A stretch of DNA of 64,000 bases from Candidatus Tenderia sp. (GCA_031416075.1 JANOSY010000092.1:1-64000); one strand, 5' to 3'; positions 29,852 through 40,400 are shown, counted from the stretch's first letter. Numbers and translations: made by a program. The notes: a model not told the origin generated them from the letters alone.

Positions 29852-31033
29852 ATGCCCAATACTCCACAACAAGAGCAACAGTTCTTAGATGCACTCGAAG
29901 AGAGTATTGCCCAGAGCAGTCTGAGCAAACTCGTATTGAGTAAACCTTCCGGTGCAGAAGAGGGGTTAGTACGCATCGTGGTCCGGCAGGTCAGCATCAA
30001 AAATCAGCCTCAGCTCTGTTTTGTCTACCGTTATAAAACCCGCGACATCACCAAAAATTTTGCACTGCCTGAAGGCATCACACTCATCAATGAACTACTG
30101 GGAAACTCATTCAGAAACGCCAATCTCTTTACCACCGGTGAAGAGCTACAAATCAGTTTCAGTAAAAAGGGCAAACCACTGTTGCATCGCAGCACAAATA
30201 GGCAGAACAGCGCCACCACACACAACCACGACCGCGATAAACAGCGCTATCTCGAACTTGACCGCCCGTTTCTAACAGCACTGGGAGTCACCAACGATCA
30301 GCAGCAACTGATCCCGGCGATGTCACGTAAGTGGAAACAGATCAATAAATTTATCGAACTATTTCAATACGCCTTTGATTCATCAACATTGAAAGAAAAA
30401 GAGTCTATACAGGTGCTCGACTTTGGTTCTGGCAAAGGTTATCTCACCTTCGCACTTCACGACTTTCTCAACAACAGCCGCCACATCAACGGCCAGGTGA
30501 CTGGCGTCGAGCTGCGCACAGAGATGGTAACACTCTGCAATAACAGCGCTGCCAAGCTCCATCTTAACGGGCTACACTTTCATCTGGGGGATGTCAGAAG
30601 TTACACCCGCGATACCGTCGACGTCATGATCGCTTTGCACGCCTGCGACATCGCCACCGACCACGCCATTCACATGGGCATTCGCTCCAACGCCACCATC
30701 ATTATGTGTGCCCCCTGCTGCCACAAAGAGATCCGACCCCAAGTGCAGACACCGGCAGTGCTGCAACCCCTGCTGCAATACGGCGTTCACCTGGGCCAGG
30801 AGGCGGAGATGATCACCGATACCCTGCGCGCCCTGCTATTAAATGCACACGGCTACGATACCAAAGTGCTGGAATTTGTCTCCCTGGAACATACCAGCAA
30901 AAACAAAATGATTTTGGCGGTCAAACGTGAACAGAGCCACAAAAATGATGACACACTCGCACAAATCAGATCACTCAAGGCGTTCTATGGCATCGAAAAA
31001 CAGTGTTTAGAGGGGCTACTAACATCCGCGTAA
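29852..31033 (+). CDS. SAM-dependent methyltransferase (Methyltransf_32-like)
   Basis: LDFGSGKGYLTF, IALHACDIATD and PCCHK. Confidence 0.88.
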   Translation: MPNTPQQEQQFLDALEESIAQSSLSKLVLSKPSGAEEGLVRIVVRQVSIKNQPQLCFVYRYKTRDITKNFALPEGITLINELLGNSFRNANLFTTGEELQISFSKKGKPLLHRSTNRQNSATTHNHDRDKQRYLELDRPFLTALGVTNDQQQLIPAMSRKWKQINKFIELFQYAFDSSTLKEKESIQVLDFGSGKGYLTFALHDFLNNSRHINGQVTGVELRTEMVTLCNNSAAKLHLNGLHFHLGDVRSYTRDTVDVMIALHACDIATDHAIHMGIRSNATIIMCAPCCHKEIRPQVQTPAVLQPLLQYGVHLGQEAEMITDTLRALLLNAHGYDTKVLEFVSLEHTSKNKMILAVKREQSHKNDDTLAQIRSLKAFYGIEKQCLEGLLTSA

Positions 31034-31145
31034 CGTCCCCGTTTCTACCTCTTTAGCCGCATTGATTGTGGCCAAATTTGTATTCCATCACTCCATCGGC
31101 ATATAGATTAAATCTCGCGCACGCAGAAAACTTTATATACAGAAT

Positions 31146-32462
31146 TCAGATCAGACGCATCTTTCCTGGCTTCATACAACGTTCAAACGCCTGAGCTACG
31201 CTTTCAACTTCGGACACTGAGATGTCAGCGATGCCGATTCGTATCCCGGGGGAGCTACGAATACGGAACACCTCACCTGCCTGAACCGCCCACCCTTGCG
31301 CAAGCATGCCCTGTACAACCTCGCTCTCACGCTGAACCGGGACCCAGACATGAAGACCAGAAGCACCTTGTGAGTCTATGCCCCGTTTCGCTAACGCCGC
31401 GCAAAGCGCAATCCGTCGCACCGAGTAAGCTGCCGCTGCGTCAGCTATCAGTTTACCTGTGCCCGCATCCGACCATACCCTCCACACAAGTGTCTGGAGT
31501 ATATGGCTCACCCAGCGAGGCCCTAACATTTGCAGACCCGATATTCGCGCTATTGTTGTCTCGTCGCCAGCTAACACCGAGAGCCGCAGATCTGGACCTA
31601 AAAATTTTGATACTGAACGTATGACCAGCCATGGGCGTGACACAATCGAGGGAGCAGCGGAGAAGCACTCACTCCCTGAAATGGAACTCGCGTGATCATC
31701 TTCAATGAGCAATACCTGCGGGTGGCGATCCAGGATGCGGCGTATGTCCTTCGCCCGCTCACCAGTAAAACATGCACCCGTTGGATTCTGTGCTCGGGGG
31801 GTTAAAACCACGGCTTTTGCCCCAGCTTCAATTGCAGCTTCAACAGCACTCGGCTCGGCTCCCAACCGATCAAGACTCATGGGTACCGGCCTGAATCCTA
31901 GTGCACGCACGAGATGCAGAGCTGACACGAAGCAAGGGTCTTCCATTGCCACCAGATCTCCTGGGCGCAGACGAGAACGCAATGCGCGTTCCAGCGCGTC
32001 CATTGCTCCCGAGGTGACGGCTAACGATTTGGCAGCAATGCCATCAGCCTCAAATACCCCTTTTACCAAAGCCAAAAGCCGCCCATCGTTCTCCGCCAAC
32101 TCATACCCGGACGGAGGCATGTCTAGTTTGACCAGAAATGGCCTCAAATCGGGTAACAGCCTAGAATCTACATTGCCCGAAGCCAAATCGCGCGCGCTAG
32201 CCTGAAGTGGTGCTCTGTAGGCATCGATAAATGGAGCGCCGACTACGCGCGACCCCTGCCTGCCTGAGCCGACGATTAGACCAGCGTCTCGAAGCTTGGC
32301 ATAAGCAGCAGCGACCGTATTTCGATTAACGCCTAGCTGTTCAGCAAGCTCACGAACCGACGGGAGTTGCTGGTCACGCTTTACCTCCCCATCTTGGATA
32401 GCCGCCTCAATATCTCGAAATATTTTGGCAGCTGAGCGCCCACCAATAGTTAGTTTATTCAT
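31146..32462 (-). CDS. MocR/GntR-family PLP-dependent regulator (PtsJ/DnfR-like)
   Basis: wHTH LPSVRELAEQLGVNRNTVAAAY plus an aminotransferase-like domain (PRAQNPTG, IEDDH, RSVSKFLGPDLR). Confidence 0.92.
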   Translation of the reverse strand: MNKLTIGGRSAAKIFRDIEAAIQDGEVKRDQQLPSVRELAEQLGVNRNTVAAAYAKLRDAGLIVGSGRQGSRVVGAPFIDAYRAPLQASARDLASGNVDSRLLPDLRPFLVKLDMPPSGYELAENDGRLLALVKGVFEADGIAAKSLAVTSGAMDALERALRSRLRPGDLVAMEDPCFVSALHLVRALGFRPVPMSLDRLGAEPSAVEAAIEAGAKAVVLTPRAQNPTGACFTGERAKDIRRILDRHPQVLLIEDDHASSISGSECFSAAPSIVSRPWLVIRSVSKFLGPDLRLSVLAGDETTIARISGLQMLGPRWVSHILQTLVWRVWSDAGTGKLIADAAAAYSVRRIALCAALAKRGIDSQGASGLHVWVPVQRESEVVQGMLAQGWAVQAGEVFRIRSSPGIRIGIADISVSEVESVAQAFERCMKPGKMRLI

Positions 32463-32744
32463 AACAATTATTCAATGTCCTAGAAGAATAACCTCAATAG
32501 GATAGGCTGATATCTTCATCTAGCCCAGAAAGAGCCAACATTATACATTTTAAACCTTGATAGGGCTGCGGTTACTGCTGCCACAACACAAGATTAAGAA
32601 CCAACCCCCTGCAGCACAAAATTAATATACATAAAATCAATAGCATATAGTATATCCAAGCATAAAATATGAAATAACCTACAACTACTCAGCATAATAA
32701 AAAGAAATAAAAAGGCCCTACACCCCTGTCGTGAAGAAAACCTA

Positions 32745-32810
32745 TTGACAACAAAAATGATGCAAACATAAGATTAATTCATGACATAAAAATATATGTC
32801 ATGTGACATT
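32745..32810 (+). promoter_or_regulatory. Sigma-70 promoter with adjacent putative MocR operator
   Basis: TTGACA (32745)-18 bp-TAAGAT. A perfect inverted repeat CATGACATA-N6-TATGTCATG (32780-32803) follows, plus a third TGACAT half-site. Confidence 0.7.
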
Positions 32811-32908
32811 AAAATAGTCTATAGTGATCATGTATTGGTAGCGCAGCTAATACTGGTACCCTCAGCTAAAGGATCAGTAGCGTAGGTGAATGCGCATGGA
32901 GCTAGGCG

Positions 32909-33601
32909 ATGAAAATTAATACAGAACTGCTTTACCTGCTCAGGGGAAAGGCTACAAAAATTGACTCGGCCGGGACTTTAAGCGGGATAAAAAAATCACC
33001 CGTTAAAGAGCCCCTGGCTCTCAACCAGTTCGGCCTAGAGGGCGATGAGCAAGCAGACCATCGACATCACGGCGGTCCTGATAAGGCCATTCACCACTAC
33101 GCTCTTGAGCACTATCGCTTTTGGGAAAACTCTCTTTCCGCAGGCTCACCTGCACTTAAGCTACCCGGCGCTTTTGGCGAAAATTTCTCCACACTCAATA
33201 TGACAGAGGCGACGGTCTGTATCGGGGATGTACTGTCGGTCGGAACTGCAGTGGTTGAAGTTTCGCAAGCGAGGCAACCCTGCTGGAAACTCAACCAACA
33301 CTTCCAGTGCCGTGACATGGCACAGCAGGTTCAATCGAGTGGTTACACAGGCTGGTACTACCGAGTGCTACAGCCGGGGGAAGTTTGTCCTGGCAACCAG
33401 CTGACTCTTCTTCAGCGCCCAAACCCCCATTGGACTTTATCGCGCCTGCTAAAGACCCTCTATGTTGACGCTCTTAATTTTGCAGAACTAGAGCAAATCG
33501 CACAACTGCAAGCACTTCCACTGCGGTGGCGCCAATTGGCAGAGAAACGGCTCGCATCTGGGAAAATAGAGGACTGGAGCGCAAGAATCAGCGGCACCTA
33601 A
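32909..33601 (+). CDS. yiiM: MOSC-domain protein, YiiM-like
   Basis: GDEQAD..HGGPDKA, GAFGEN, SQARQPCWKL, GWYYRVL and a C-terminal 3-alpha domain. Confidence 0.88.
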   Translation: MKINTELLYLLRGKATKIDSAGTLSGIKKSPVKEPLALNQFGLEGDEQADHRHHGGPDKAIHHYALEHYRFWENSLSAGSPALKLPGAFGENFSTLNMTEATVCIGDVLSVGTAVVEVSQARQPCWKLNQHFQCRDMAQQVQSSGYTGWYYRVLQPGEVCPGNQLTLLQRPNPHWTLSRLLKTLYVDALNFAELEQIAQLQALPLRWRQLAEKRLASGKIEDWSARISGT

Positions 33602-33672
33602 CTAAAAACAGGTGCTTCACACATGGGAACATATCTGTCACTCATCAAGACCCCCAATCTTAGGACTTAAAA

Positions 33673-34968
33673 ATGCTAAATCAGGACAATCTTTTAAAGT
33701 CTGACCCTTCTGTCGCAGCAGCTCTCAACGGAGAGAAGCGACGCCAAAGCGATTCCATAGAGCTGATCGCATCTGAAAACTTTGTATCAGCAGCAGTGCT
33801 GGAAGCACAAGGCAGCGTGCTGACCAATAAATATGCCGAGGGGTATCCTCAGCGCCGCTATTACGGTGGCTGCAAGTTTGCAGATGTAGTAGAACAACTA
33901 GCGATTGATCGTGCTTGCGCACTTTTCGACTCGCCTTACGCAAATGTACAGCCGCATTCAGGCTCGCAAGCGAATCAATCGGTCTTCCTCGCACTGTTGC
34001 AACCAGGGGATTTAATCATGGGCATGGACCTGTCTGCAGGTGGACACCTAACCCATGGTTCTAGCGTCAACATTTCAGGGAGATGGTTTAAGCAGGTAGC
34101 CTATACCGTCAGACCAGATGACGGAATCATTGATCTCGATCAGGTTTCTGCGCTCGCTCAGCAGTATCGCCCAAAACTCATCATTGCTGGTGGCTCTGCC
34201 TATTCCAGAATTATTGATTTCAAAGCATTCCGCAAGATTGCAGACAGCGTTGGCGCGTACCTCTTGGTTGACATGGCGCACTTTGCTGGACTTGTAGCCG
34301 CCAGACAGTATCCAAATCCCGTTCATCATGCACACGTAGTCACCACAACCACACATAAAACCCTTCGGGGACCTAGAGGTGGCTGCATCTTTACCAACGA
34401 TTCGAAAATCGCCACCCTCATTGACAAGGCCGTATTTCCAGGGCTTCAAGGTGGGCCGCTCATGCACGTGATAGCAGCTAAAGCAGTAGCCTTTGGGGAA
34501 GCGCTGCAACCGTCATTTCAGCAGTACATTCATAACGTCATAAAAAATGCGCAAGTGCTATCCGAGACACTTTTAAACGGCGGATTGAATATAGTATCTG
34601 GCGGAACAGACACTCACCTTCTTCTCGTCGACCTTCGACCTTTAAAGTTAACCGGAAACGTCGCAGAGACGACTCTGGAAGAGGTCGGTATCACTTGCAA
34701 CAAAAATAGTATTCCATTCGACTCCGAGAAGCCCGCATTGACTTCAGGCATCAGATTGGGGGCCGCAGCATGCACTACCAGAGGATTTGGTGCGGAAGAG
34801 TTTCGAGACATCGGGAAATGGATCCTGCGCATCCTACACTCACCATCTGACGCACAATCCGATCGTGCGTTAGTTAGTTCAGAGATAAAAACTGAAGTGC
34901 AAAATCTTTGCACACGAATCCCCCTATACCCAAAGTCTCTATCCAGTGACCGCTGGACATGCAAATGA
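33673..34968 (+). CDS. glyA: Serine hydroxymethyltransferase (accessory copy)
   Basis: ELIASEN, NVQPHSG, GGHLTHG and [14 protein letters not shown]. Confidence 0.95.
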   Translation: MLNQDNLLKSDPSVAAALNGEKRRQSDSIELIASENFVSAAVLEAQGSVLTNKYAEGYPQRRYYGGCKFADVVEQLAIDRACALFDSPYANVQPHSGSQANQSVFLALLQPGDLIMGMDLSAGGHLTHGSSVNISGRWFKQVAYTVRPDDGIIDLDQVSALAQQYRPKLIIAGGSAYSRIIDFKAFRKIADSVGAYLLVDMAHFAGLVAARQYPNPVHHAHVVTTTTHKTLRGPRGGCIFTNDSKIATLIDKAVFPGLQGGPLMHVIAAKAVAFGEALQPSFQQYIHNVIKNAQVLSETLLNGGLNIVSGGTDTHLLLVDLRPLKLTGNVAETTLEEVGITCNKNSIPFDSEKPALTSGIRLGAAACTTRGFGAEEFRDIGKWILRILHSPSDAQSDRALVSSEIKTEVQNLCTRIPLYPKSLSSDRWTCK

Positions 34969-36143
34969 ACATATTATCTGACGCCTTGATGGAGATCACA
35001 TCACGGCCGGACATTATTTTTGTTGAGGGCAAGGGTTCCTGGCTCACAGATACTAACGGAGCCAAGTACCTCGATTTCTCGCAAGGGTGGGCAGTCAACT
35101 CCCTAGGCCACAGTCATGATGAAATTGTGCGAGCGCTGTCTGACCAAGCCGCACGCGTTATAAATACAGGCCCCGCATTCTACAACGCACCTATGCTAGA
35201 GCTTGCAACACTCATTACAAAACACAGTTGCTTCGACGAGGTGTTTTTCGCTAATTCAGGAGCGGAAGCGAATGAGGGGGCAATAAAGCTCGCTCGAAAA
35301 TGGGGCGCAAAGCACAAGCATGGCGCACACGAGATTATAACCATGCATAACGGTTTTCACGGGCGAACGCTTGCAACTATGTCAGCTTCTGGCAAGCCCA
35401 ACTGGGAAACACTATATGAGCCCAAGGTTCCTGGATTCCCTAAAGTTCCTATAAACGATTTATCGGCGGTCGAGTCGCTAATTACTGATCGCACCGTGGC
35501 CGTAATGCTAGAGCCAATACAGGGCGAGGCGGGAGTGATTCTGGCTGAAAAAGAATACCTGCAAGGTCTTCGAAGACTCACCGAAGACAAAGAAATTTTA
35601 CTGATAGTTGATGAGGTTCAGTCTGGAGCAGGCCGTACAGGAGACCTCTTCTCATATGAATTTTATGGGATCGAACCCGACATTATGACGCTGGGCAAGG
35701 GGCTGGGTAGCGGCGTTCCTATATCAGCCTTGTGCGCAAAACGTCGCTTCTGCACTTTTGAATATGGAGATCAAGGAGGGACCTATAACGGTAATCCACT
35801 TGTCTCAGCAGCTGCGTGCGCAGTGCTTCGCGTGCTACTTAAACCGGGTTTTCTTCAGGGTGTTCGTGATGCTGGAAATTACCTTCAACATAAACTCAGT
35901 CAACTAATACGCACATTCGGGGCTGGCCACACAAGAGGCCGAGGTTTATTGGTTGCACTTATTTTAGATGAGCCAGTGGCACAGATAATAGTGGAGCAGT
36001 GCCTGAAAAATGGCTTAATTCTAAACGCACCTAAACCCAATATCATTAGGTTCACCCCATCTTTAATTACCGATAAAAAAGAGATAGATCAGATGGCAGA
36101 TATTTTAGAAGGGGTTATGAAAACGACGCTTAACTCGCAGTGA
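34959..36143 (+). CDS. Class III aminotransferase, acetylornithine aminotransferase-like
   Basis: [28 protein letters not shown] and LGKGLG. Confidence 0.9.
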   Translation: MQMNILSDALMEITSRPDIIFVEGKGSWLTDTNGAKYLDFSQGWAVNSLGHSHDEIVRALSDQAARVINTGPAFYNAPMLELATLITKHSCFDEVFFANSGAEANEGAIKLARKWGAKHKHGAHEIITMHNGFHGRTLATMSASGKPNWETLYEPKVPGFPKVPINDLSAVESLITDRTVAVMLEPIQGEAGVILAEKEYLQGLRRLTEDKEILLIVDEVQSGAGRTGDLFSYEFYGIEPDIMTLGKGLGSGVPISALCAKRRFCTFEYGDQGGTYNGNPLVSAAACAVLRVLLKPGFLQGVRDAGNYLQHKLSQLIRTFGAGHTRGRGLLVALILDEPVAQIIVEQCLKNGLILNAPKPNIIRFTPSLITDKKEIDQMADILEGVMKTTLNSQ

Positions 36144-36312
36144 GATTGAGAGCAGTACAGAGAATCAAGAACTGGATATATATTATCCCCAGCCCTAAAT
36201 AGGCACCATGTTGGCGACATGGACTATTTTGGGGGTAGGGTTTATATGATGCTCAAGCCCAGTGTTTGGGAGTCAACAACGCAAGTGGTAATTCAATCAA
36301 ATGGAGTAAACC

Positions 36313-37272
36313 ATGAATACAGCAACCGTTAGCGAAATTGAAACCAACGATTCAAAATGCAGAACTTTACTTGGACGGATAGCCGACACGTGGGGGACAA
36401 GAGCTCAAGTACGACGGCCGGAATTAATAATGGACTTTAACCCTTCTATCCCGGACTTTCTAGAAAATCTTCTGCCATTCCACAAACACCCCAATTACAC
36501 AAGGCTGGACGATAGACAAAAAAGTAAAATCCTCTCCTGTGGCTGGCTCGCTTATAACGAAAAAACCGTGGCTATAGAAACAGCAATCGTTACCCCATCC
36601 TGCCTGGACATACTCGAAGGACGGATACCTGGACTGAAGGATGAAGTGACGACGAAAATTGTTTGTGAAACACTAGTGGATGAAGCCTATCATCTCCTTC
36701 TGGTCAAGAACGCAAATGAAGTTTGTCGCTCACGCAGAGGACTTGAGTCAATTAACATACCCAAGTTTAACCTCGTAAAATACATGGAGAAGGAAAAATC
36801 TCTACACTCAGAACCATGGAAGAAGATTCTTATTCAGCTTGCCACTACGGTGGTATCCGAAATATTTGTCAGCGATTATCTTAATCTACTTTCGGATAGC
36901 CAGGAAATTCAGCCATTTAATCGGTTAACGGTTTCTGCCCATCGTCATGATGAACTGACACATAGCAAGATATTTAAAAGTTTCACGCAACAATTCTTCC
37001 CTGCATTTAATCCGGAGCAGAAGGCATTCTTCGCACAAATCCTGCCAAAACCCGTGCTTTGGTTTGCTGATCTAGAACTCGACTTGTGGCACGACCTGCT
37101 ATCCCAACTAAAAATAAAGGATGCAACGACGATCATCGAGGACTCTCGTGAACTCAATCGGGCAGCCCACAAGAGGGTCAATTACACGGAGGTAGTTGCT
37201 CTGGCCGAAGAGATAGGCATGTGTGAAAAACATGATAGCCGATTCATGTTCCCAGAGATCGAACTTCATTAA
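36313..37272 (+). CDS. AurF/CmlI/DnfA-family diiron N-oxygenase
   Basis: W..RA.V, LLPF..HP, W.AYNEKTV.IE, the two ExxH motifs DEAYH and DELTH, SE..V.DYL and IQP. Confidence 0.88.
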   Translation: MNTATVSEIETNDSKCRTLLGRIADTWGTRAQVRRPELIMDFNPSIPDFLENLLPFHKHPNYTRLDDRQKSKILSCGWLAYNEKTVAIETAIVTPSCLDILEGRIPGLKDEVTTKIVCETLVDEAYHLLLVKNANEVCRSRRGLESINIPKFNLVKYMEKEKSLHSEPWKKILIQLATTVVSEIFVSDYLNLLSDSQEIQPFNRLTVSAHRHDELTHSKIFKSFTQQFFPAFNPEQKAFFAQILPKPVLWFADLELDLWHDLLSQLKIKDATTIIEDSRELNRAAHKRVNYTEVVALAEEIGMCEKHDSRFMFPEIELH

Positions 37273-37286
37273 CCAGGAGAATTACC

Positions 37287-38021
37287 ATGAAAGCAGTTGT
37301 TATTCGACATGTAGCATTCGAGTCGCTCGGCAACATTGAGCAGCATTTGATTAACCGCAACTTCGATATCGAGATAATGAATGCGGCGCAGAACAAAGTA
37401 ACCCGTCTTCTCGGCAATCAACCAGATCTATTGATTATTCTTGGTGGACCTATCTCCGTCAACGACATCGAAGATTACCCATTTATCGCAGATGAGATTG
37501 AAGTGCTTAGGCAACGACTCACTCTCGGCCTTCCAACACTAGGCATCTGCCTGGGAGGCCAGTTGATTGCAAAGGCACTGGGGGCAAGTGTGTACCCGAA
37601 CAACAGCAAGGAGATTGGTTGGGGGCCCCTTACAACGATTAAGAATGTTGACTATTGCCCCGCCATAAGACACTTGTCAGCTGATAATACTAATGTTTTG
37701 CATTGGCACGGTGAAACATTCGACATACCCGCCGGGGCAATTCATTTGGCGTCGACAACCAAATGCAAAAACCAAGCTTTTGTATTCCGAGGGAACACCT
37801 TGGCCCTCCAGTTCCACCCTGAAGCGACGGCATCAGACTTGGAGGATTGGTTTGTCGGACACACCGCTGAAATCGCGTCTACAGACGGTCTATCAGTGAC
37901 ACAACTTAGACGAGAGACTCGTGAAAATGCAGACACACTGAACGAAGCAGCACAGAGCTTCTGGTCAGAGTGGTTCGATTCAATTACGAGTAGTCAGAAA
38001 GCCCAAGTTGCTTACACGTAA
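37287..38021 (+). CDS. Class I glutamine amidotransferase-like protein (DnfC-like)
   Basis: RHVAFE.LG, LGGPIS, GICLG (catalytic Cys), HWHGETF and QFHPE (His-Glu). Confidence 0.9.
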   Translation: MKAVVIRHVAFESLGNIEQHLINRNFDIEIMNAAQNKVTRLLGNQPDLLIILGGPISVNDIEDYPFIADEIEVLRQRLTLGLPTLGICLGGQLIAKALGASVYPNNSKEIGWGPLTTIKNVDYCPAIRHLSADNTNVLHWHGETFDIPAGAIHLASTTKCKNQAFVFRGNTLALQFHPEATASDLEDWFVGHTAEIASTDGLSVTQLRRETRENADTLNEAAQSFWSEWFDSITSSQKAQVAYT

Positions 38022-38122
38022 AGAGAATTAGCCAACATGAAGCTTAGATGACCAAGAAACCTCCAGCTAAATGTATCCGTTTGGCTGGAGGAACAATAAC
38101 CACCTACCTCGAGGACAAAACA

Positions 38123-38320
38123 ATGAAAATGAACAACCATAAAGTATGGCAATGCATTCTCTGTGACTTCCTCTACGACGAATATCTAGGGCTGCCGGAG
38201 CATGGCATAGCACCCGGCACCCGCTGGCAAGACGTACCTGATGACTGGGAGTGCCCCGACTGCGGGGTCGGGAAAGCCGACTTCGAAATGCAGGAGCTAC
38301 AAACAGCGATAACCGCTTAG
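38123..38320 (+). CDS. Rubredoxin
   Basis: WQCILCDFLYDE.LG.PEHGIAPGTRWQDVPDDWECPDCG. SD GAGGA precedes ATG 38123. Confidence 0.93.
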   Translation: MKMNNHKVWQCILCDFLYDEYLGLPEHGIAPGTRWQDVPDDWECPDCGVGKADFEMQELQTAITA

Positions 38321-38372
38321 CCGTATAGGTGGATCAATTCAGCTACGCAACAAATTTGAAGGAGTCTTATTG

Positions 38373-39608
38373 ATGAACGAACCAATAGTAATCATCGGCG
38401 CGGGTCAAGCGGGTGCAGAGCTTGCCCTGGCGCTGCGTCGAGGTGGGTGCACTCAGCGTATTGTAATGAAAGGAGACGAACCTTACTTACCTTACCGCCG
38501 CCCCGCTCTTTCCAAAGGATTTCTATCAGGAAAGGTGCCTGAAAGTACCCTTTACCACACCACGGCTGAGCGGCTTGCCGATAACCACATAGAGTTCATG
38601 CCAGGCTCACGGATAGCCCACGTCGACCCGGCTCGTAAACTGATCACATCCGCTGACCAAAAAGTCCTTAGGTACAGCAAACTGGCATTTGCAACGGGCG
38701 GTAGCCCCAGAAAAATAAAATGTCCTGGGGCTGATTTATCGAACATCAACTACCTTCGGACAATCGATGACGCACGTATACTCAGAAAGACACTCACCAG
38801 CGGGACAAAGCTCGTGGTCATTGGGGGCGGATACGTTGGCCTTGAAATCGCAGCAACCGCTAAAGAACAGGGCGCAGACATAACGGTACTGGAAGCTGGC
38901 CCACGGGTCTTACGTCGCAGCACCTGCGCAGAGATTGCTGCATTTATCAGCGAGCAGCATCGATCTGCTGGAGTGAAGATAGCTGTCAATAAGCAGGTGC
39001 GAGCCTTTCACTCTTTAGGCACCAAGGCAGTCACAGCGGTTGAATGTGTCGATGGAACTGTTTACCCCGCGGATCTAGTGGTCGTTGGAATTGGACTCAT
39101 TGCCAATGATGAACTTGCGGCGTCAGCTGGCCTCAATGTCGACCGAGGAATCACCGTGGATGAGCTGGGCCAGACGTCTGATCCGGATATTGTCGCCGTA
39201 GGTGATTGCGCAAACAGTATGAACACGTTTTGCGGATATCGTTTGAGACTAGAGTCAGTTCAAGGTGCCATGGAACAAGCGCGAGTGGCGGCAATGACTA
39301 TGCTAGGTAAAGGTATCGCGGCCCGCTCGATCCCGACGTTCTGGTCAGATCAGTATAATTTGAAACTGCAAATGATCGGGGTACCCACCGATGCCGATCA
39401 AATCATTACACGGAGCTATCCTAACAGAGAGTCTTTTGCGGCATTTTATGTTAGAAATGGCATATTGAAAGCAGCACATTTTATCAATGGCTCGTCAGAT
39501 ATCATGGCCGCTCGTAGGCTGATCATGGAAGAGATCCCTGTTTCTAATAAAAATTTGATCAACCCCTCAATGTCCCTGAACTCACTGCTTACAGAAACCG
39601 CAGCCTAA
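38373..39608 (+). CDS. FAD-dependent ferredoxin/rubredoxin-NAD(H) reductase
   Basis: IGAGQAG, PYRRPALSKGFL, IGGGYVGLE, RLESVQGA and FWSDQY. Confidence 0.9.
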   Translation: MNEPIVIIGAGQAGAELALALRRGGCTQRIVMKGDEPYLPYRRPALSKGFLSGKVPESTLYHTTAERLADNHIEFMPGSRIAHVDPARKLITSADQKVLRYSKLAFATGGSPRKIKCPGADLSNINYLRTIDDARILRKTLTSGTKLVVIGGGYVGLEIAATAKEQGADITVLEAGPRVLRRSTCAEIAAFISEQHRSAGVKIAVNKQVRAFHSLGTKAVTAVECVDGTVYPADLVVVGIGLIANDELAASAGLNVDRGITVDELGQTSDPDIVAVGDCANSMNTFCGYRLRLESVQGAMEQARVAAMTMLGKGIAARSIPTFWSDQYNLKLQMIGVPTDADQIITRSYPNRESFAAFYVRNGILKAAHFINGSSDIMAARRLIMEEIPVSNKNLINPSMSLNSLLTETAA

Positions 39609-39936
39609 TCGCTATGTGAGTACCACATCATTCACATTACGTTTTTTGGCATTGGACGAAAGAGCGACAACTCCTGGTCACGATATTGAACTGTGCGCTT
39701 ACAAAAAATAACGCTCTAGTGGCTCGCCTTACGAGCCATCTTCATCCTAAAAATATAGGAATATTTATTTTCATGCAGCACATACAACCGGCCGCGCCGA
39801 TCAACTTGCTTTTAGCTCCCAATGATATTTCGTCCGATCAAATCCTGATCTTCCGCCTTGTCATATGCGCACTCTGCAAGATGAATGGAGGTATATGAAA
39901 GTAAGATAAGTTCCGCTTTCGCAGTAGGCTTGGTTG

Positions 39937-40272
39937 TTAAGAGCTTCCTATCTCCACATCTAATGTTTTGATCTGATCAATAATACAAATTAACTTTTCA
40001 CCATTTTCCGTGAGCGAATATTCTGTTCTTGGCGGAACCTCAGCATAAGTAAACTTTTTCAATAATTTATAGTCAGTTAGTTTACGCAGCCTCTCAGATA
40101 AAACCTTTTTTGAAATCCCCTCTATATATCGCTCCATTTTTCCCGGCCGAGTGATGTTGTCTGCGACCGCCTTCAATACAGACACTGACCACTTACAGCC
40201 TACCACCTCTTCAAGCTGATTGTAGGTTAGCTGCTTTGATTTTCGTGCATTTATTTTTTTCTTTATTATCAT
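39937..40272 (-). CDS. HxlR/DUF24-family transcriptional regulator
   Basis: GCKWS, GISKKVLSERLR and EVPPRTEYSLTENG. Confidence 0.88.
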   Translation of the reverse strand: MIIKKKINARKSKQLTYNQLEEVVGCKWSVSVLKAVADNITRPGKMERYIEGISKKVLSERLRKLTDYKLLKKFTYAEVPPRTEYSLTENGEKLICIIDQIKTLDVEIGSS

Positions 40273-40400
40273 AATTTTACACCAGTAAGTCCCTATGGAA
40301 CCAAAAAGTACCTACTTATAGGAAGGCAAAAAAATATCTACAATTTTGTAGTGCCAGTTACATCGGCACTTATAACTTAAATTAATTTTGGAGAAAAGCA

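Noticed and set aside
31146-39608. Aureothin/chloramphenicol-type nitroaryl biosynthetic cluster
   Set aside because: There is no pABA/ADC synthase, adenylation enzyme, carrier protein, PKS/NRPS or exporter in or near the cluster.
39686-39898. 70-aa ORF after the reductase
   Set aside because: TTG start, no SD and no recognisable motif. It is probably spurious or decayed DNA.
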